Positions 55,768 through 64,000 of a DNA stretch of 64,000 nt are shown piece by piece. Location of the stretch: contig JBDSNU010000017.1 of the NCBI GenBank assembly GCA_039915165.1, forward strand, positions 2,041 through 66,040, in the 5' to 3' direction. This stretch comes from Minisyncoccota bacterium (lineage in GTDB: Bacteria; Patescibacteriota; Minisyncoccia; Phycocordibacterales; UBA9973). The notes beneath the pieces were generated by a model. The model saw only the letters and a list, made by a program, of their open reading frames with translations, ran no database searches and was not told the DNA's origin. The translations under genes and the position numbers were made by a program. Numbering within the stretch: position 1 is the first letter of the stretch; each line of letters begins with the position of its first letter.

Positions 55768-57798
55768 ATGGAAAACCCACTACTGAACTTGCATACATTA
55801 GGAAACAATGAATACATTCCTTTTGATAAAATTAAGAATGAACATTTTGAATCCGCTTTTGCAGTTGCGTTTACAGTAGCACGAGAAAATCTTGAGAAAA
55901 TCATCACTAATACTGAAGTAGCTACATTTGAAAATACAATTGAAGCAATAGAATATTGTAGTGAACAGCTTGATGCAATCGTAAGAGTATTCACTAATCT
56001 AAAAGAAGCTCATACAAACGACGAGATTAATCGCATTGCTGAAACATTGATGCCACAGCTCGCTGATTGGGCAAATGATCTTTTATTAAATGAAAAACTT
56101 TTTGAAAGAGTTAAATATGTATTTGAATCAAATCCAGATTTAAAAAGTGTAGAGCAAAAAAGATTGTTGCAAAATACCTACGATTCATTTGTAGTTAATG
56201 GCGCACTGTTATCTAATGAGGATAAAGTGCTATTAAGAAATTACGATCAGCAAATAGAATCACTGAGTGAATCTTTTGCTAGCAATGTGCTTAATGCCAC
56301 AAATGCATATGAACTCGTTATTGATAATGAGCAAGATTTAGCAGGGTTGCCTGAACGTGTCCGCGAAGGAGCTAAGGGGGAGGCAGTATCAAGAGGAAAA
56401 GATCAGAGCTGGATATTCACACTGCAGCACCCAAGTTATGGTCCGTTTTTACAATATGCAGACAGTGAAAAGTTACGAAGGGAATTATCAATTGCATTGG
56501 CTTCCCGAGCTATGAGCGGTGAATACAATAATCAGTCAATTGTACTTGAGATGGTAAGCCTGCGTAATAAAAAGGCAGCACTACTGGGATTCAATAGTTT
56601 TGCAGATCTTGTTTTGCATAATCGAATGGCCAAGACCCCTCAAAAAGTATACGATTTTTTCAACGAGTTATATTCTGTAGCGAGACCTAAAGCAGAAGAA
56701 GATTTTGAAGAATTACGAGCCCACAAAGAATTATTAACTGGTAATAACGTACTAGAATCTTGGGATGTTTCTTATATTGCCGAAAAGATTAAACAAAGTA
56801 AGTATGAGTTTAATGAAGAGGCTTTTAGGCCTTATTTTGAAATTAATAATGTATTGGAAAGTGTGTTTGAGCATGCTCGCCGTTTGTATGGTCTACAATT
56901 TAAGCAAATAAAAGATATTCCTGTATATCATGAGGATGTTACAGCATATGAAATAAAAGATGACGCTGGAAAATATGTCGGTACTATGTATTTTGACTTA
57001 TTTACTCGGGCCTCAAAAAGGGGTGGGGCCTGGATTGATGCACTTCGCATGCAACACAATAAGAACGGAAAAAATATTCGTTCGCAGGCACTCATTGTTG
57101 GAAGTTTAACAAAGCCAACAAAAACAGTTCCATCCCTACTTAGTTTTTGGGATGTTGAAACACTATTTCATGAATTTGGACATGGCATGCATTTAATACT
57201 TTCACAGTGTACATATCCGTCTCTGGCAGGTTTCAACAGCCTATGGGATTTTGTTGAAATGCCCTCCCAGTTTATGCAGGCTTTTGCAACACAAAAAGAA
57301 TCGTTGGAAATTATTGGAAAGCATTATCAGACAGGGGAGCTAATACCCGCTGAGTTTATTGAAAAAAATACCGCAGTAAAAAGGTTTATGGCAGCATATT
57401 ATATGATTGGACAAATTGGCGCTGCTGCTTTGGATATGAAATGGCATGATGGCAGTGCAATAGATGCAACTAGCGTAGAATCATTTGAGTATGAGGCAAG
57501 AAAGCCATATAGATTTTTTCAACCAATACCAGGAACAAGTCACTCAGCTACTTTTAGTCATATCTTTCATGGAGGGTATCCTGCCGGGTATTATAGTTAT
57601 CATTGGGCTGAAGTACTTTCTGCAGATGCATTTGAATATTTTAAACAGAATGGATTATTCAATAAAGATTTAGCACAATCACTCAAAGATAACATTCTCT
57701 CAAGAGGCAACACTGAAGAACCGATGGTGCTATACAAAAGATTTAGAGGGCAAGAGCCTGATCCTCATGCTTTGTTGCGCATTAAAGGATTGCTGTAA
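55768..57798 (+). CDS. M3-family oligopeptidase (oligoendopeptidase/Dcp-like)
   Basis: HEFGHGMH zinc motif with downstream Glu, M3 length and layout. Confidence 0.75.
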   Translation: MENPLLNLHTLGNNEYIPFDKIKNEHFESAFAVAFTVARENLEKIITNTEVATFENTIEAIEYCSEQLDAIVRVFTNLKEAHTNDEINRIAETLMPQLADWANDLLLNEKLFERVKYVFESNPDLKSVEQKRLLQNTYDSFVVNGALLSNEDKVLLRNYDQQIESLSESFASNVLNATNAYELVIDNEQDLAGLPERVREGAKGEAVSRGKDQSWIFTLQHPSYGPFLQYADSEKLRRELSIALASRAMSGEYNNQSIVLEMVSLRNKKAALLGFNSFADLVLHNRMAKTPQKVYDFFNELYSVARPKAEEDFEELRAHKELLTGNNVLESWDVSYIAEKIKQSKYEFNEEAFRPYFEINNVLESVFEHARRLYGLQFKQIKDIPVYHEDVTAYEIKDDAGKYVGTMYFDLFTRASKRGGAWIDALRMQHNKNGKNIRSQALIVGSLTKPTKTVPSLLSFWDVETLFHEFGHGMHLILSQCTYPSLAGFNSLWDFVEMPSQFMQAFATQKESLEIIGKHYQTGELIPAEFIEKNTAVKRFMAAYYMIGQIGAAALDMKWHDGSAIDATSVESFEYEARKPYRFFQPIPGTSHSATFSHIFHGGYPAGYYSYHWAEVLSADAFEYFKQNGLFNKDLAQSLKDNILSRGNTEEPMVLYKRFRGQEPDPHALLRIKGLL

Positions 57799-57837
57799 TA
57801 TCTTTATTTATTGATCTTTTTTTGCTACAGTAGCCTT

Positions 57838-59604
57838 ATGACCTCCTCAGAAATTCGTCAGAGATTTTTAGACTTTTTTGCCAAGCGCGGACATGCTATT
57901 TTGCCGAGCGCTTCTTTGGTACCAAAGAATGATCCTTCAGTATTGTTTAATACTGCTGGTATGCAGCCGCTGGTTCCTTATCTAATGGGCCGTCCACACC
58001 CACTTGGTAACCGTCTCGCTAGTTCACAGAAATGTGTACGTACTGGTGATATTGAAGATGTAGGCGACTCTCGTCACCTGACCTTTTTTGAAATGCTGGG
58101 TAACTGGTCACTCGGTGATTATTTTAAGGAAGATGCTATTAAATGGAGTTATGAATTCTTAACTTCAAAAGAAGAAGGGCTCGGGCTTGATCCTGCTCGC
58201 CTATATGTAACTGTATTTGAAGGTGATGAAAATGCACCACGTGATTTGGAGGCGGTAGAAATCTGGAAAAACTATATGCCAGAAAATCGCATTTATTTCT
58301 TACCAGCAAAAAATAATTGGTGGAGTGCTGGTGATAATGGACCTTGCGGTCCTGACAGTGAAATGTTTTATGATCCAACACCTGAAGGTTTGGGTGATAT
58401 GACACATGAACAATATATTGCTGCTGATGAAGCAGGAGATATTGTTGAAATCTGGAATGATGTGTTCATGGAATTCGAGAAAGAAAACGGCAAAGTAATC
58501 GGCAAACTTGGGTTAAAAAATATTGATACAGGTTCTGGTCTTGAGCGTATCAGTATGATGGTGCAAGGCAAATCAAATGTATACGAAGCCGATATGTTTG
58601 CTCCAGTGATGCAGTTGATAAAAGAACATGCTGGTAACTACTCAGAACGCAATGCTCGCATTGTTGCTGATCATTTGCGCACAGCACTATTTTTAATTGC
58701 TGATGGCGTTACTCCTTCAAATAAAGACCAGGGATATATCTTGCGTCGTATTATTCGCCGCGGTGTATTGAAGATGCGTACATTGATGCTGCCCGAAGGT
58801 ACACCAATTGGTAACAATATTCTTGATCACTACATAAACTTTTATGCAGAGGCATATCCTGAGATTTTGAAAGCTGATGTTCGTGCAATATTTAAAATCG
58901 AAGAAGATAAATTTCAAAAGACATTGATCAGTGGTTTGAAAGAGTTCGAAAAAGGGGTAGATCCGTTCATGCTTGCAACAACATATGGTTTCCCAATTGA
59001 GATCACTGAAGAGTTAGCATTTGAGCGCGGACTGGTAATCGATCGTGAACTATTTAATACACAAATGAGAGCTCATCAAGACTCGTCTCGTGCCGGTGCT
59101 GCTGCCAAGTTCAAAGGTGGACTAGCTGATACTAGTGAAAAGACTACACAGCTCCATACAACCCATCACTTATTACTTGCTGCATTACAACAAGTTCTCG
59201 GACCAGAAGTTCATCAGCGGGGAAGTAATATTACAGAAGAACGTCTTCGTACCGACTTCAACTTCGACCGCAAGATGACAGATGAAGAAAAATCTTCAGT
59301 TGAGCAGCTGGTTAATAGTTGGATACAGACCAATCACAAAGTATGTCGTAAGGAAATGCCTTTGGCTGAAGCGAAACAACTAGGTGCCGAAATGGAGTTT
59401 GGAGCAAAATATCCGGATATAGTGAGTGTTTATTATATAAGCCCTTCAACTAGCGTTCAGGGCGATACTATGGCTGACGCCATTAGTATCGAATTTTGTG
59501 GCGGACCTCATGTAGAACAAACTTCAGGACTCGGTACATTCAAGATACAAAAAGAAGAAGCCGTCGCTGCAGGGATACGTCGTATCAAAGCAACGCTTTC
59601 GTAA
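57838..59604 (+). CDS. alaS: Alanyl-tRNA synthetase, short form lacking C-Ala domain
   Basis: FLDFFAKRGHAILPSASLVP...DPSVLFNTAGM class II motifs. Editing-domain HHLL...CGGPHV present; protein ends soon after. Start moved to the ATG at 57838. Confidence 0.8.
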   Translation: MTSSEIRQRFLDFFAKRGHAILPSASLVPKNDPSVLFNTAGMQPLVPYLMGRPHPLGNRLASSQKCVRTGDIEDVGDSRHLTFFEMLGNWSLGDYFKEDAIKWSYEFLTSKEEGLGLDPARLYVTVFEGDENAPRDLEAVEIWKNYMPENRIYFLPAKNNWWSAGDNGPCGPDSEMFYDPTPEGLGDMTHEQYIAADEAGDIVEIWNDVFMEFEKENGKVIGKLGLKNIDTGSGLERISMMVQGKSNVYEADMFAPVMQLIKEHAGNYSERNARIVADHLRTALFLIADGVTPSNKDQGYILRRIIRRGVLKMRTLMLPEGTPIGNNILDHYINFYAEAYPEILKADVRAIFKIEEDKFQKTLISGLKEFEKGVDPFMLATTYGFPIEITEELAFERGLVIDRELFNTQMRAHQDSSRAGAAAKFKGGLADTSEKTTQLHTTHHLLLAALQQVLGPEVHQRGSNITEERLRTDFNFDRKMTDEEKSSVEQLVNSWIQTNHKVCRKEMPLAEAKQLGAEMEFGAKYPDIVSVYYISPSTSVQGDTMADAISIEFCGGPHVEQTSGLGTFKIQKEEAVAAGIRRIKATLS

Positions 59605-59687
59605 AATAAAAAACGTAGAGGTTCGACTTCTACGTTTTTTTATTTTATTAACACTGCAATTTACTTCGTTGCTGCTATACTATACGC

Positions 59688-60851
59688 ATGGCTTCACAAG
59701 CAACTCCTATTGCGGTTTTTGATATTAGTTCAAGTAGTGTTGGCGGTGCGCACGCATTAGTATCACGCAATTCATCAGGTCAAAATGCTGTGACTATTTT
59801 AGTACAAGAGCGTCGTGATAGTGGCCTTGATGATGAATTGAACATTGAGCGATTCGTTGAAGATACAACGAAGGCATTAGAGGTCGTTATCGATCACGTA
59901 CGTACTGCAGATGTTCATCATCCTGAAGCAATTCAAATATTGCTGAGCTCACCATGGTATGTCGCACATACTCGCACTATTGTATATAACAAGACTACAG
60001 TATTTAGCTGTACGCGACGCCTCGTAGACTCTTTAATTGAAAAAGAAGTAGAGTTTTTGTTGAAACAAGCTTCTACCACTGGCGATGCCTTCGGATCCAA
60101 TTTTAAAGTAGTTGAACAACAGATTACAGAAATACTAGTGAATGGGTATCCAACAGGCGATGCATTTGGCAAAAAGGGTCAATCATTACAGATCACATTG
60201 ATGGTGACGCTTGTCCCTGATGTCGTCGTAGACCGATTTACTAGCGTATTGCGACGCAGCTATGGTGATCGTAAGATTCATGTAACTACAGCGGCACATG
60301 CAGCCTATGTGGCACTACGTGATAATGGCGGAGTACAAGCAAATTGTCTCATTGTTGATGTTGGCGAGGAAGTTACTGACATAGCATTCGTAAAAAATAA
60401 TTTATTTCTATCGCAGCATTCATTTCCTATCGGTACCTATGAACTATATCGTTCACTCGGTGCTTATACTGGCAGTACTTCTGAGGCGCGTACATTAGTT
60501 GAAGCATATCGTTTGAAGAAGCTCTCGCCGGGCAATGTTCGTTTGGTAGAAAAGGCAATTCAAACATTTGCTCTGCAGTGGCAAAAATCTTTACACCTAT
60601 CTATTGAAGAAGGTGCCCAGGGTTTTCGCATACCTGCACAATGGTATATAACTGCTGATCACCGATTTGAAACTCTTTTCCCGGCACTCCTCTCTTCTGA
60701 TACATTTTTGCAACATACCAGTGCCTCAAAAGATTTGCAGGTTACTTTTATCAAGGCAATGAGTTTCTCGGGTACAATAAAAACCATGAGCGCAGAAGAT
60801 GCTGATGCCAATTTGACCATTGGAGCATTATTTATAGAACGACTGTTATAA
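59688..60851 (+). CDS. Actin-fold (ASKHA) ATPase-like protein, PilM/FtsA-like
   Basis: IAVFDISSSSVGGA (phosphate-1-like) and CLIVDVGEEVTDIAFV (phosphate-2-like). Confidence 0.35.
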   Translation: MASQATPIAVFDISSSSVGGAHALVSRNSSGQNAVTILVQERRDSGLDDELNIERFVEDTTKALEVVIDHVRTADVHHPEAIQILLSSPWYVAHTRTIVYNKTTVFSCTRRLVDSLIEKEVEFLLKQASTTGDAFGSNFKVVEQQITEILVNGYPTGDAFGKKGQSLQITLMVTLVPDVVVDRFTSVLRRSYGDRKIHVTTAAHAAYVALRDNGGVQANCLIVDVGEEVTDIAFVKNNLFLSQHSFPIGTYELYRSLGAYTGSTSEARTLVEAYRLKKLSPGNVRLVEKAIQTFALQWQKSLHLSIEEGAQGFRIPAQWYITADHRFETLFPALLSSDTFLQHTSASKDLQVTFIKAMSFSGTIKTMSAEDADANLTIGALFIERLL

Positions 60852-60853
60852 TT

Positions 60854-62149
60854 ATGGCAATGAAACTCTATGATGTAATACGTAAGGAGCACAAGGACAA
60901 AGGAATTGTAGATCCTGAACCAATGCCAACTATGTGGAAGGGTAGTCTCGAAGAGATCGAGCAACGCAAACATATTTCCGAACTCGGTGTTGAGGGTGCA
61001 AAGCGCGCCAATTGGAGAAAGCTTGTAGTGATTGTATGTGCTTTGACATTCATAGGGGGGCTTTATTTAGTTGGTATCAAATTGGTACATGCCAAGGTAA
61101 CTATTACGGAACGACGCATACCGTTTTCACTTTTCAATACACAGCTAGAGGTTGCAAATGAAAAAAACGTTGATTCAGGAAGATTATCTTTTCAAACAAT
61201 GGTAGTGACTGATACTGTTACTCGACAAGTGTTTGGTTCCGCATTGACTACCAGTACCACTAAAGCAACAGGGAGTGCTGTTGTATTCAACCAATATAGT
61301 AAGTCCGCTCAAACTATCCGCAGTGGAACTACGTTTACAGGCGCTAATGGTAAAAAATATGTTACCCAAGCATCAGTAACAGTTCCTGGATATACAGGCA
61401 CGGGTACCACTAAGGCAGCAGGGAGTACAACTGTTAATTTGATAGCAGTAGACGTTGGTCCAACATATAACTCAACTGGCACATCATTCACTATTGCAGG
61501 ATGGTCTGGTGCAAATGCAAAACTTTTATATGCTAGCTCAGCCGGAGCAATTAATGGAGGGCAAAATGGAGCTGTGCATACATTGACTGAAAGTGATCGC
61601 CAACAAGCATTGATAACACTACAAGGCGCGTTACAAGAAAAATTGGCTAGAGAAACTCGATCACAGATCCCGGACGACTTGGTAACATTCCCAGATATTC
61701 AATTTACTTCAGTTGATAGTTCGACATTAGTATTGCAAGGAACCACCATTCAATTTCCAGTTACCATCAAAGGTACAATGGTTTCTTATCTTATTCCCAG
61801 AGATCGTTTAGAGCAGGCAATTGCGAGCAAAGCTATCAGTGATCATTTATATCCTGATGTGAGTATTCCTGATCTAGGTTCAATACATGTAGAGCCTGTT
61901 TCCGTCTTACCTGCAGATCCAAAAAATATCCCATCAAGTATTTCAATTTCTGTTTCAGGACAGGGGACTATCATTACTAAAGCACCATTAACTACTATTC
62001 AACAAGCATTGCTGGGGGCTTCACATAGTGAATTTGAGCGAGTTATTTCATCTATTCCGGAAATCGATACCGCTCAATACTCTCTAACACCATTTTGGGC
62101 ACCGTATTTCCCCTATAATGCTGATCGAATAAAGCTACAAGTGAAGTAA
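60854..62149 (+). CDS. Bitopic membrane protein with large extracytoplasmic Thr/Gly-rich domain
   Basis: Cytoplasmic N-terminus, one TM (LVVIVCALTFIGGLYLVGI). Start overlaps the upstream gene stop by 2 nt. Confidence 0.4.
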   Translation: MAMKLYDVIRKEHKDKGIVDPEPMPTMWKGSLEEIEQRKHISELGVEGAKRANWRKLVVIVCALTFIGGLYLVGIKLVHAKVTITERRIPFSLFNTQLEVANEKNVDSGRLSFQTMVVTDTVTRQVFGSALTTSTTKATGSAVVFNQYSKSAQTIRSGTTFTGANGKKYVTQASVTVPGYTGTGTTKAAGSTTVNLIAVDVGPTYNSTGTSFTIAGWSGANAKLLYASSAGAINGGQNGAVHTLTESDRQQALITLQGALQEKLARETRSQIPDDLVTFPDIQFTSVDSSTLVLQGTTIQFPVTIKGTMVSYLIPRDRLEQAIASKAISDHLYPDVSIPDLGSIHVEPVSVLPADPKNIPSSISISVSGQGTIITKAPLTTIQQALLGASHSEFERVISSIPEIDTAQYSLTPFWAPYFPYNADRIKLQVK

Positions 62150-62186
62150 TGCTTGACCCATATTGGAATCTTTAGTATAGTGTCAC

Positions 62187-62414
62187 TTGTCAATGGCAAC
62201 ACAAGAAGAATCAGTTAGAGGAACCGTCACAGAAGCCCTCCCAAACACTATGTTTCGGGTGGAATTTGTCTCTGGTATCACTACTGGTGACACTCTCGTA
62301 TGTTACCTCGCTGGTAAAATGCGGTTGCACCGAATTAAGGTTTTAGTAGGTGATACTGTTGAAGTATTACTCGATCCCTATGGAGGAAAAGGACGTATTG
62401 TCAGAAGAGTTTAA
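62187..62414 (+). CDS. infA: Translation initiation factor IF-1
   Basis: GTVTEALPNTMFRVEF...GKMR...VGDTVEVLLDPYGGKGRIVRR. Confidence 0.85.
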   Translation: MSMATQEESVRGTVTEALPNTMFRVEFVSGITTGDTLVCYLAGKMRLHRIKVLVGDTVEVLLDPYGGKGRIVRRV

Positions 62415-62462
62415 ATAGTATATACTACTCCGGCTTGACTCAATTGAGATCAATTTTTATTT

Positions 62463-62573
62463 ATGAAGATAAAATCAACAGTAAAAAAAATGTGCGATAA
62501 GTGTAAGATTGTTAAACGCAATCGCCACTTAGTAGTGATTTGTGATAACCCAAAGCACAAGCAAAAACAATAA
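62463..62573 (+). CDS. rpmJ: Ribosomal protein bL36
   Basis: [36 protein letters not shown] (36 aa; C-x2-C...C-x4-H zinc ribbon). Below the ORF-track cutoff. Confidence 0.8.
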   Translation: MKIKSTVKKMCDKCKIVKRNRHLVVICDNPKHKQKQ

Positions 62574-62587
62574 ACCATCAGTAATAT

Positions 62588-62968
62588 ATGCGTATTTTAG
62601 GTATAAACATTCCAAATGAAAAGCGTCTCGACATTGGCCTCACTACCCTTTATGGTATTGGCCGTGCGACTGCAAACAAAGTTCTAGCTGATGCTGGAGT
62701 TACTCCAGAAACAAAGCCTACAGATCTTTCTGTAGAAAAAGAAAACGTTATTCGTAAGAATATCGAAGACCGCACTATTGAAGGAAACCTCAAGCGTGAG
62801 ATCTCTGCAAACATCAAACGTTTGAAAGATATCAAAGCATACCGTGGCGTACGTCACATGCGCAAATTACCAGTAAAGGGCCAGCGTACCAAAACTAATT
62901 CTCGAACTGTTCGTGGAAACGTTCGTAATACTATGGGAAGTGGTCGCCGTAAAGAAAGTAAGACATAA
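62588..62968 (+). CDS. rpsM: Ribosomal protein uS13
   Basis: MRILGINIPNEKRLDIGLTTLYGIGRATANKVL...YRGVRHMRKLPVKGQRTKTN. Confidence 0.9.
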   Translation: MRILGINIPNEKRLDIGLTTLYGIGRATANKVLADAGVTPETKPTDLSVEKENVIRKNIEDRTIEGNLKREISANIKRLKDIKAYRGVRHMRKLPVKGQRTKTNSRTVRGNVRNTMGSGRRKESKT

Positions 62969-62973
62969 ATAGT

Positions 62974-63408
62974 ATGGGAAAGAAACGTATTGCAACTCAA
63001 GAAGGACAATTGGTGGATGCTGACAAGCGCGGTCGCGCTGTTGGACGTACTCCAAAAAAGAAACTCACTACAGCTGTGTTAGCTATTGAAGCTACTTTTA
63101 ATAATACAAAGGCTGTAGTTAGTGACGTTAAAGGTAACATCCTATTTTGGTCTTCATCAGGATCTCTTGGATTCAAAGGTGCAAAAAAGGGTACACCTTT
63201 TGCTGCCTCTAAGGTGGGTGAAATTCTTGCTGAAAAAGCTGTAACTGCTGGTATCAAAGAAGTAAATGTTATGGTAAAAGGTGTTGGAAGTGGACGCGAA
63301 CCCTTGATCCGCGCATTCGTTGCACCCGGTATCGAACTATTATCAATTAAAGATAAGACTCCGGTTCCACACAATGGTCCAAAGGCTAAGAAGCCACGAA
63401 GAGTTTAA
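62974..63408 (+). CDS. rpsK: Ribosomal protein uS11
   Basis: FNNTKAVVSDVKGNILFWSSSGSLGFKGAKKGTPFAA...VKGVGSGRE. Confidence 0.9.
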   Translation: MGKKRIATQEGQLVDADKRGRAVGRTPKKKLTTAVLAIEATFNNTKAVVSDVKGNILFWSSSGSLGFKGAKKGTPFAASKVGEILAEKAVTAGIKEVNVMVKGVGSGREPLIRAFVAPGIELLSIKDKTPVPHNGPKAKKPRRV

Positions 63409-63419
63409 AGTAAAAATAT

Positions 63420-64000
63420 ATGATTTTAGGAGCAAAATACAAAATGTGTCGTCGATTGGGTTCTGGAGTGTTTGAAAAGTGTCAAACTCCAAAATACCTT
63501 TTGTCTGAGGCAAAAAAATCTAAAGTAGGTAAAGGCAAGCGCCCAAAGGCTTTGTCTGGCTACGGTACACAGCTTATTGAAAAGCAAAAAGTTCGTTTTT
63601 CATATGGTGTTAGTGAACGTCAGCTTTCAAACTATGTAAAAAGTGCTACACAAGTAAAAGGTATGCCTGTTACTGACAAGCTTTACGAGGAACTAGAAAA
63701 TCGTCTTGATAACGTAGTGTATCGTCTAGGTTTTGCACACACACGTCGTTTCGCCCGTCAGCTCGTTTCTCACGGTCACTTCACTGTTAATGGCAAGAAA
63801 ACTACTGTTGCATCTCAAACAGTTCACGTGGGTGATATTGTTGCAGTTCGCGAAGGTAGTCGTAAGAGTCCAATCTTCACTGACTTTACTACAAAAGTTA
63901 AAAACTACACTTGGCCAAAATGGTTGAAACTTACACCTGAATCTCTTCAGGCAGAAGTGGTATCAAAGCCAAAAAATGAAGAAAACTTTCTTCAGTTCGA
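63420..64000 (+). CDS. rpsD: Ribosomal protein uS4 (3-prime partial, runs off window)
   Basis: Own translation from ATG 63420: MILGAKYKMCRRLG...YGTQLIEKQKVRFSYGVSERQ...LDNVVYRLGFAHTRRFARQLVSHGHFTVNGKK. Not in ORF track because there is no stop in the window. Confidence 0.85.
   Translation, partial: MILGAKYKMCRRLGSGVFEKCQTPKYLLSEAKKSKVGKGKRPKALSGYGTQLIEKQKVRFSYGVSERQLSNYVKSATQVKGMPVTDKLYEELENRLDNVVYRLGFAHTRRFARQLVSHGHFTVNGKKTTVASQTVHVGDIVAVREGSRKSPIFTDFTTKVKNYTWPKWLKLTPESLQAEVVSKPKNEENFLQF

Overview
The window is low-GC (about 38-42%) bacterial chromosome with compact intergenic regions, many of them a hairpin terminator followed directly by a TTGAC-type promoter. The core genes are housekeeping. 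Left side: lepA, glutaredoxin, tRNA-Arg/tRNA-Phe, an M16 peptidase, Hsp20, a PrsW-like protease, valS, tsaD and gmk. Right side: glyA-folD, trxB, ftsZ-ftsA-ybeY-rpsU, priA, mreB, holB-like, frr, rseP, mltG, a dnaQ-like exonuclease, mnmA, MgtC, an M3 oligopeptidase, alaS, infA-rpmJ-rpsM-rpsK-rpsD. The AlaRS lacks the C-Ala domain, ValRS is short and PriA has degenerate ATPase motifs; this is compatible with a reduced-genome lineage (possibly Patescibacteria/CPR-like), but that is only an inference. The most unusual segment is about 15.0-29.7 kb. It is a compositionally mosaic accessory region bounded on the right by tRNA-Glu (minus strand), whose 3-prime end is overlapped by a large serine recombinase gene. 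It carries an SF3-like P-loop replication NTPase in a GC-rich block and an SOS-box-preceded umuDC operon. Upstream of these lies an array of one- or two-gene cassettes separated by five copies of an 80-145 bp repeat family. The conserved repeat core GGTGACCCCAC is identical to the 3-prime end of the tRNA-Glu gene. Three consecutive cassette proteins end in an RNA-polymerase alpha-subunit C-terminal-domain-like helix-hairpin-helix module. I propose this is a serine-recombinase-associated, tRNA-linked cassette-accreting element. That reading is a hypothesis from sequence inspection only. Further right there are tRNA-Val and a small patch of orphan genes. No CRISPR array, rRNA or transposase was seen.
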